Shown: positions 37,944-46,900 of the stretch, in pieces
Layout: each line of letters starts with the position of its first letter
Numbering within the stretch: position 1 is the first letter of the stretch
DNA from: Antedon mediterranea
Taxonomy: Eukaryota > Animalia > Echinodermata
Direction of reading: 5' to 3'
Assembly: GCF_964355755.1 (NCBI RefSeq)
Contig: NC_092673.1
Span: forward strand, 27,029,648 to 27,093,647
DNA: 64,000 nt
Program-made: the position numbers and the translations under genes
The notes under the pieces: generated by a model
Told to the model about the DNA's origin: nothing
Seen by the model: the letters and a program-made list of their open reading frames with translations, nothing else
Databases searched by the model: none

Positions 37944-40900
37944 AGTGTAGACAGAGCTTTAGCATTTAAGCTGATAACATATTTGTAGTGTGTATATATA
38001 CAAATGGAACTCAATGTGTATGTTTAAGTTAAATTTTTGCTTTCCCAACAGCGTGTAATATGAACATTACACTTACAGAAACCATGCTGATCAGCGTAGA
38101 CAACTATGTTAATAATGAAGACTGTACATACACAATCAATTCTGATGGCTGTTTTTATATATTTTTTACTCAATTTGATTTGGAACCTGTGGACAATGAC
38201 GGCAATTGCTTGGATTACGTACAAGTAAGAATTTTATTGTTCGAATTAGGATAGATAAAATATGTTTGGTATTTATATATATATCTGTGTCAGTAAATTT
38301 TATTTATATATCCATTGAGATTCAGCCACTGATATCCACAGCATTTTCATTTTCTCCAATAATATACTGGTACTTAATTAATGATTAATGATGCCGAGAA
38401 TGTTAAAGAGTCGCTATCCAATTGAGTTTAAACTATACAATGAAAGCCCCAGTGGTCTAATTGTTAGGACAGGTGCATATCAAGCAGAAGGTCTGGGTTC
38501 GAATCTCTGTTGGGCCAACGTTTTCTCATTCTCACAGATTTCCTCATCTTATCGTTTCAGATTAATTAAATTTCAGTATATCACCGGGTGGTTTAGAATT
38601 AAATTTCTATACCTAATGTGTTTGTATACTGTATATATATATATATATATCACATTAGGCATAGAACATTAATCCTTAACCGCCTGGTGATATACTGAAA
38701 TTTAATTAATTTGAAACGATAAGATGAGGAAATTTGTGAAAATGAGAAAAAGTCGCCCCAACCGAGATTCGAACCTGGAACCTTCTGCACTAACATGAAG
38801 ATTCTTTTAATAACTCTAATCGCGTCAAGGAGCTATGTAATTGGTCAGATTAATTAATTGTCTTTTCATGAGATCCCTACATGTATAGAGACTACATATG
38901 CCATTATTCCCAATATGGACACCCCTCGAAAGGAAAATAGAATAGTCAAGGCACCGTAGCGGGCCATATATACTTTTTTTTATTTTATTCTTGATTGTCA
39001 GGCACAAATAACAACGTAAAAAACATGACAGCGGTGCAGCACCCTGGGGATTTACACGAGTGCTAAGCACTATCAAATTGGCTCTCCATATTGCACAAAT
39101 ACGTCTCTCATGCATAATTGATTTTTTGTTTGTAGATAACAGATGTCAATGAACCATTACTAAACAGGACGTTGTGTGGCAGTGATGAGATAGAGTGGAC
39201 CTCAGCTTCCAACCAAGGTGTTATCTATTTTAGATCAAATGAAAATGTAACTGCTTCAGGATTCAGATTTATAATAACTGATGGAAATTGTGCTGAATAC
39301 GCTTATTATGTTGGTCCATGGAGCGCGGTAAGTTTGTAGGTTTTATACAAATACTGTAACTGCACATGTGACCACCTAAGTTACATCTTTGATGATCCCT
39401 TGGTAATATAATCAACTATTTTCTGAAACTTTCTGAGTCCCAAAATCAAATTCCGAAAAAACCTATTCTGAATACCAGACTTTCCGGAAAGCCTAACTTT
39501 ATTAGGCCAGCCCAAAGTTGTTCGGTATTGGGAGAGTTGATTGATTACAGTAGAAGAAATTCATTTATATAATTATATAACTTTCAGTGTCCATGTGGCG
39601 ATGACTCAGTAGTACAGGCAGAACAGACTAGAGAGGTGTATTGTTTACAATTGGCTAATGACGCTCAAGTAGATGACTCACAATGCGAAGGTGATATACC
39701 AGTTATGACCCAACCTTGTGAATCAGAACCGTGTCAAGGTAAGATGACCTATTTATATATATATTTATTATTGTTTTTAATATACAAAAATTAAATGCAA
39801 CATTGATATAAAACTGATGTCATACACATAGTGGACATGCAAATCGAAAAGTCTTTTGATTTTTGTGTCTGGGAAGGACTTGATCCACAGAAAAAAACCC
39901 AGCAAGGTAGAGTCAACCACCTAAACTATTATTAATTGTACATTAGGATTTAAACAAGTTTCTTATTGTTGTTAATCAGAATATTTATTCGTAATTCATT
40001 TCTTTAATAGATTGCTATGTGTTAGTAGAAATGCTAGAAGAGACCTATACCCTCCTTGTTACCGCTGAAACCTACGTAAACAACTATAGATGCAATTGGG
40101 ATATTTCTACAGTTGAAGGAATGTGTTTGCAAATATTTTTTATAGATTTTGCTCTAGAAGACAGCGAAGGTTGCCAAAACGATGTCTTAGTGGTATTGTT
40201 TTTTTTTTATTTTATATGAATTATTCAAATTTTAAATTGATTTAATTATTATAAATGTAATGTTTTGTAACTTAGGAAAGGTTAGATTAATTCTTGTACT
40301 TATGTTTAACTAATTTTTTGGTTTGATTGTGCAAACTACATTAGCCTGTGTAGTAGTAATGCATTGGTAGCTGCATGTATTAGTATAATGTAAAACATTT
40401 TATTTTTATTTATTTATTCAATTTCTGCCAAAGAAAAACACAAAACAAATATAAAAGGCAAGGAAAGACCAAACAGGTGCTAAATAGTTGGTTGGTCAGA
40501 AACAGAGCACTGAAAAAAAACCAAAAACAATTACATTCTACAATTCAAGAAAGCGACCAACTACACACATTTTCAACATCAAAATTATTTTAAAAAGAAG
40601 TATTGAGATAATTTAATAATCTGTTTTTGACGCTTCTGTTACTCTTCTCGTCAGATTCAAAGTGAAGGCATTGAGGAGCTATTCTGTGGATCAGAATCTC
40701 CACCATCACTGACAACAAGTACAAACAGTGTAGAGTTTACCGTTCGTACTGATAACAATATCACTGATGATGGTTTTAGAATTCTGGTAGACCCGACAAC
40801 ATGTCCCGAATTTGGCTATGTTGCTGGTGAATATGGTGAAGTAAGTATTCATTGTTGAACTTTTATGTGTTTTCCTGTTCTATAATAAATACTGTATCTG

Positions 40901-43900
40901 TTTTTACACTTATTTTTATTGTTTATCTAATGCTGTTGCTGCTATAATATATTATAAAAATAATATTTTAAAATTTAAATTTTGATAATTAATAGTATAT
41001 ATTTGTATAAAATTTTATATTTGTAATATTTTTCTATGGTTGTTTGTGTTGTTTTTTTTTTAGGTGCTCCCGTTCATATGTAATTAAGATTGTTTACTTG
41101 CTTTTTTATTGTTTGTAAATCACAGGTTTGCCCGCTGGGATTGTTGTGATTATTTTTTTATACCGAATAAATAAATAAAAAAAATAAAAACTATGTTCCA
41201 AATAAAACTTATTATTTGTAAAGACTAGGATTTATCTCATTGTCTGTAGAGCTACTTTACAGTTACTGTTCTTATCATATTTATTCATTTATATGTACCT
41301 TATCAAAAAATGTCATGGCGCATTACAGATAACTAAAACTAAATGTTAAGCAATGTTATGAAAAAAAGATTTAAATGAGCTGTGGGGCCAGCAACATGGA
41401 AGGACTGATTCCCATGGTGGTGATTTGTTGGAGGAAGAAAGGTCAGGTTCTTATAGCCATCTTATTCTGGAATGCCACCTGACGTCAATCTATGCTTTTT
41501 ATTTGTTGGCCATTTCTTAATAATAAAGAGTGGCCTAATTGGCCAAAATAAGACTGGTTTCTTTAAGGGTCTTGTGTACAAAATTAAGACATCAAAATTG
41601 AAGATAGATTACGTACATGCATAATTGCAATGCTTTAATATTGAGCATTAAAGCCTATCTGTGCATAGCACTACTATACTACACTATGAAGCTTAATGCA
41701 ATGAGAGTTATTTGTAATTAATTTAATTAATTTATAATTTTTAAATTAGTGCTCAAAATCTTGTGGTGGTGGTGAGCAAATACGAACTGTACAATGCCAA
41801 AGACTTCAAGAGCCTAATGTTGGAGAAGTACAGATGGATAGTGCTTGCAGTGGTGACGCACCAGATAATTCCAGACCATGTGACAATGATGAATGCCCAC
41901 GTATGTTTTCGTATGCTACATTTGTTTATTTATTTTACATTATTCATCCTCAATTGAGGAAATTCGGATTAGGATCTCAACAGCATCAAGTTCAACACCT
42001 ACCATATAAACAACAGAGGTAGGGATGGACCAGTTGACCTAGGTCAAATTAACCCACAAATATGCGCTGGGTTGTTTAACTTACACACAAGTCAAATGTG
42101 TATGATGGACCTCCTTATCCGAGAAGACAGAACTATAGTAAACGAGAGCCATCAATACCATATGGTCCGCATAGGCCACTTCAATATCATTCAGAAAAAT
42201 GGTGTAAAGTGTCCGCAAATTATGTCTGCCTATTTCGTGAACTATTCATGGACATTTCATTTCCCAAGTGAGCTGTGACAACTTTTCACAGGTTGCCACA
42301 CATCATGATGATGATCATCATCAAAGGATCATATTTGTTATGATCAAAATTAACAATATATAAAAAATTAGTTTAATGAAAAACAAATAATAGTCAGAAA
42401 TCACAAGAAATGTTAATTGAAAAAATGAAACAAGATTTTTCTTTTTCAGCTTGTTTATTTGAATATGTACCATCTAACAACTTGATAAACACAGAGCCAT
42501 TTGAAAATAACACAGAATGTACCTATCGAGCTGAAGGTAGGGAAGACATGTGCATTCAAATCCTTATTGCCTCTTTGAATTTTGCTGAGCCTGATGAAAA
42601 TGGAGAATGCACCACCGACTATCTTCAGGTAACGTTCTCATTTCCTGAATTTATGGCTGTTTTTTTTTTTTGGGTTACTCAGAGACACAAAAACAAATTT
42701 CTGATGATTTTCATCCATTTGTGTAAAACTGCTTTTTTTCTACCAATTTTAATTTTCAATATTAATGGAATTTTATGCAGATTAAGGATTTGAACAATCC
42801 TGATTTCTTACTCACTTACTGTGGCGTGATTAACGCATTGGTACTAGATTCAAGTTCAAATGAGGTAGAGATTGTTATCCACGTTGAAGATGGTATGGAC
42901 AAAGTTGCAAGTTTTGCATTCGTAGAGGAATCTGTCTGCAGAACCTATGAATTTGGTGAAGTAAGTGTTAGTTCAGTTTTAGGATCACCTTTGTTACCGA
43001 GGTGACAAAATATTCAGAGTATAGCTTTTTAATCACCCAGAAATTTAACTGAAATTGCGAAACTGAATATTATCATCATTTTTTTTTAAATACTGTTGTT
43101 GAGGATTGAAATAGTACCCCCCTCTTCATCTCGAAAGATGTATTAGGTTAGTTTGTGTACACTGTGCCTACAGTTGGTAGTGCTATTTGAGAAGACTCGT
43201 TCTACCAACTCCAGAACCGATTGGCCACTCTCTGTCTGTTACCTTTTTTTTATAACAAAAATCATCGGTCAAGAAACAATTATAGGGTGCTCAGTCACCT
43301 TAATCTGGGAGTTCTAAAGATGACTGATTTAATCAAAAGAATTATTAGTTTAGTTTGTGAGACATTACTACTTATTTTTCTTTTAGTGTTCACGAGCATG
43401 TTCAAGCGGTGTGGACGAAATAGATGTAGATTGTATTCTGATTGGAGATGGAGACATTGTAGAGGACTTCTATTGTTATGGCTTAGAAGGGTATAATGGA
43501 AGCAAGTCCTGCCCAGAATTTGACTGCCCAAGTAAACAAAATATAACTTTGCATTTTTGATTGGAATATGTGACACCAGATACACAGTACAAGCATATCT
43601 ACTACTAACATTGATAGATACATGCAAAACAGATTCATTCAGTCTTATGTAACATGACACTTTAAAACAGCTAAGGTTTGAAAGACCTCCCAACTCGTTA
43701 TTTCATTTTACCTCCCGATGATATGTATAATTTCTCCCGATATTTTGGATAAACATAACAAAATATCACGATATGGCAATAGTCTACCAATATTGCGCGT
43801 CATTTCCCTCTAAAATACAATTTTCTTTACATTTTTTACCTTTGGTACGCCATGAAATACCCATGTTTACTATTATAGATATATTTATAAATAATGAATT

Positions 43901-46900
43901 AGCGTCCGAATTTGAGGTAATTTTGGAAATATAATAGCGCCCTCTATAGTTTAGATATGCTTTAAAACATTTCACTTTTCCAAATCGGGAGGTCTGTGAT
44001 GCAGCTTTCAAACTCATACCGTCCTGTTTTGTACACGTCCTGTTCTCACCATTCTCTAATTGTCAATAGCAAGAATTTTGTGTACACATCTCTCTAAAGG
44101 CCTGTTTTTTTGTTTTTGTAGATTGCAATGGACAAGTGATCACAGACTTTTCTGTTGTTAGATTGGCTTTTACTAATAATGAAGATTGTAGTCATAATAT
44201 AATTGTTAGTAGTATGGAATGTCTTCTCATCACTTTTGAGGTGTTTGATGTTCCAGATGGACCAAGTGATGCTTGCCAAGATTATTTAATGGTAGATCCT
44301 GTTTATATATATTTATACAAACTGCCAAGGAAAACCATAAAAAGTGAATTCATTATTAAAGGCAAAATCTGTTAATACAAATTGGGGGAAACCAGGTATT
44401 TTCGCTGAAAAGTTACGACTCTTCTATTATACTGTATTTACAACAACGATATTCTTTTATAGCTGTCAAGCCCTGTATATATACACTGTGTGATAGAGAT
44501 TAGCGATTATGTATGAAAGTGATGATGATTCTGTTGTTGTTGCACTCATAAACATTCCTTATTTGGCAGTGCCTATTATACTGTATTTACAATAATTATA
44601 CTCTTTTATAGCTGTCAAGCCCAGAATATACACTGTGTGATAGAGATTTGACTGGAATGCAATATTTTTCAAATGATCAATTTTTGGCGATTATGTATCA
44701 AAGTGACGGTGATTCTGTTGTTGGAGATGTCGTTCTCCGATTGGAAAGACGTAACTGTACAGGTTTTATGTTTACCGTTGGTGAATTTGGAAATGTAAGT
44801 TGAATTTTTGTTGTTTTATTTTAACCAATTACTGTGACCATCATCATCATTTTTTTATCATAATATCAAATTTATCACAGTCTTCCCATTCATCATCATC
44901 TTCCCATTCATCATCATCATCCCATTCATCATCATCTTCTTCCCCTTTATCATCATCATCTCCCTTTCATCATCAGCATCATCATCATCTTCCCATTCAT
45001 CATCATCATCATCTTCCCCTTCATCATCATCATCATCTTCCCTTTCATCATCATCAGCATCATCATCATCTTCCCATTCGTCATCATCATCATCTTCCCA
45101 TTCATCATCATCTTAACCTTTCATCATCATCATCATCATCTTCCCATTCGTCATCATCATCATCTTCTCATTCATCATCATCATCTTCCCATTCATCATC
45201 ATCATCTTCCCATTCATCATCAGCATCATCATCATCTTCCCATTCATCATCATCATCTTCCCATTCATCATCATCCCATTCATCATCATCATCTTCCCAT
45301 TCATCATCATCATCATCTTCCCTTTCATCATCATCATCATCATCATCTTCCCATTCATCATCATCTTCCCATTCATCATCATCATCTTCCCATTCATCAT
45401 CATCCCATTCATCATCATCATCTTCCCATTCATCATCATCATCATCATCTTCCCTTTCATCATCATCATCGTCATCATCATCATCATCTTCCCATTCATC
45501 ATCATCATCATCATCATCATCATTTTCCCATTCATCATCATCCCATTCATCATCATCATCTTTCCTTTCATCATCATCATCTTCCCTTTCATCATCATCA
45601 TCATCTTCCCTTTCATCATCATCATCATCATCTTCCCATTCATCATCGTCATCATCATTCCATTCATCATCATCTTCCCTTTCATCATCATCATCATCAT
45701 CATTTTCCCTTTCATCATCATCATCATCATCATCTTCATCATAATTATCCCATTCATCATCATCCTTATCTTCAACTTCACTTTTAGCAAATTCATTCAA
45801 TTTTTTATTGATGCTTTTTGTGATAACCACCAGAATATTTAATTGCAGTGTTCAGTTCCATGTGAAGGGGGTACAAGAACAAGAGTTGTGGAGTGCCTTG
45901 ACGATGACGGTACTATTGTGGATGATCTGATGTGTGAAGGTATTAAACCTCATACGTCAGAAGAGTGTAATGCAGGCCAATGTGAAGAGAGTTACTATGA
46001 ATATGTAATTGGTGAATTTGGTGACGTAAGTAGATTATTTTTTTATTTTTTAATGTTATAAATGTTCAAGTTTATTAGTTCAAAGGCTGTGTAGAAAATA
46101 CTAAAACAATTCTACAACATTGTACAATTAAAACAAGAGTATCAACATTGTATTTCCATGTAAATTACATATAACCTTACCAAGGAAGTTTGTTTGTTTG
46201 CCTGTCTCTATACAAGATATCTCAAAAAGCTCACATCTTCATCTGTAGGCTGGGAGTTTGTAGGGTTCGAATGAACCACCTTCTTTTTGAAGGGCCCATT
46301 TCAAACTAGTAAAGTAGTAAAATTGGTAGTATAGGTCTAACGCTGGACATTTTTTGCCCAATCTAGCTTAAGCCGACAAATTTCATCTACAAGGCAATTT
46401 AAAGCAATATTTGGCAGTATTCTCCTTTTTGGCCCCTAGTTCATTTAATCACCCCCTTTTTAGGAAAAATGAACCCACTGACTATGTGCTTGTCTGCTTT
46501 GACCCATACAAAACATTTATTTTATTTCAATTTAATGTACATGAGCCAGGATGTAACAAATTTATTAATCACAATAAAACAATTGGGACAGAAAAGAGAA
46601 CTGTTTTAAATGTGGGCAGAAACATCACTTGTAGTAAGGTCTACTTTTTAGTTCATAATCAGATAATAATTTTGTTTTTGCACTCTTATTAAGGCTCATT
46701 TTCAGAAATCAATATTTTATGAATATTATTAATGATTTTGTTATTGTTAATTACTTTCACAGTGTCAGGAAGTCGCCATCGGTTTTTGCGTTCGACAGCG
46801 AGATGTAGATTGTCAGAATAATGTCACGAATGTCGTTGTGGACGACAGTTTGTGCGAGGGAAATCCACCAGTAAGTGAGAACTGCAATTGTCCAGTATCA

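Noticed and set aside
44800-45830. Long Ser/His-, Met- and Asp/Glu-rich ORFs (314, 227 and 220 aa)
   Set aside because: These are translations of the (CAT)n microsatellite inside an intron whose flanking exons splice in phase without it.
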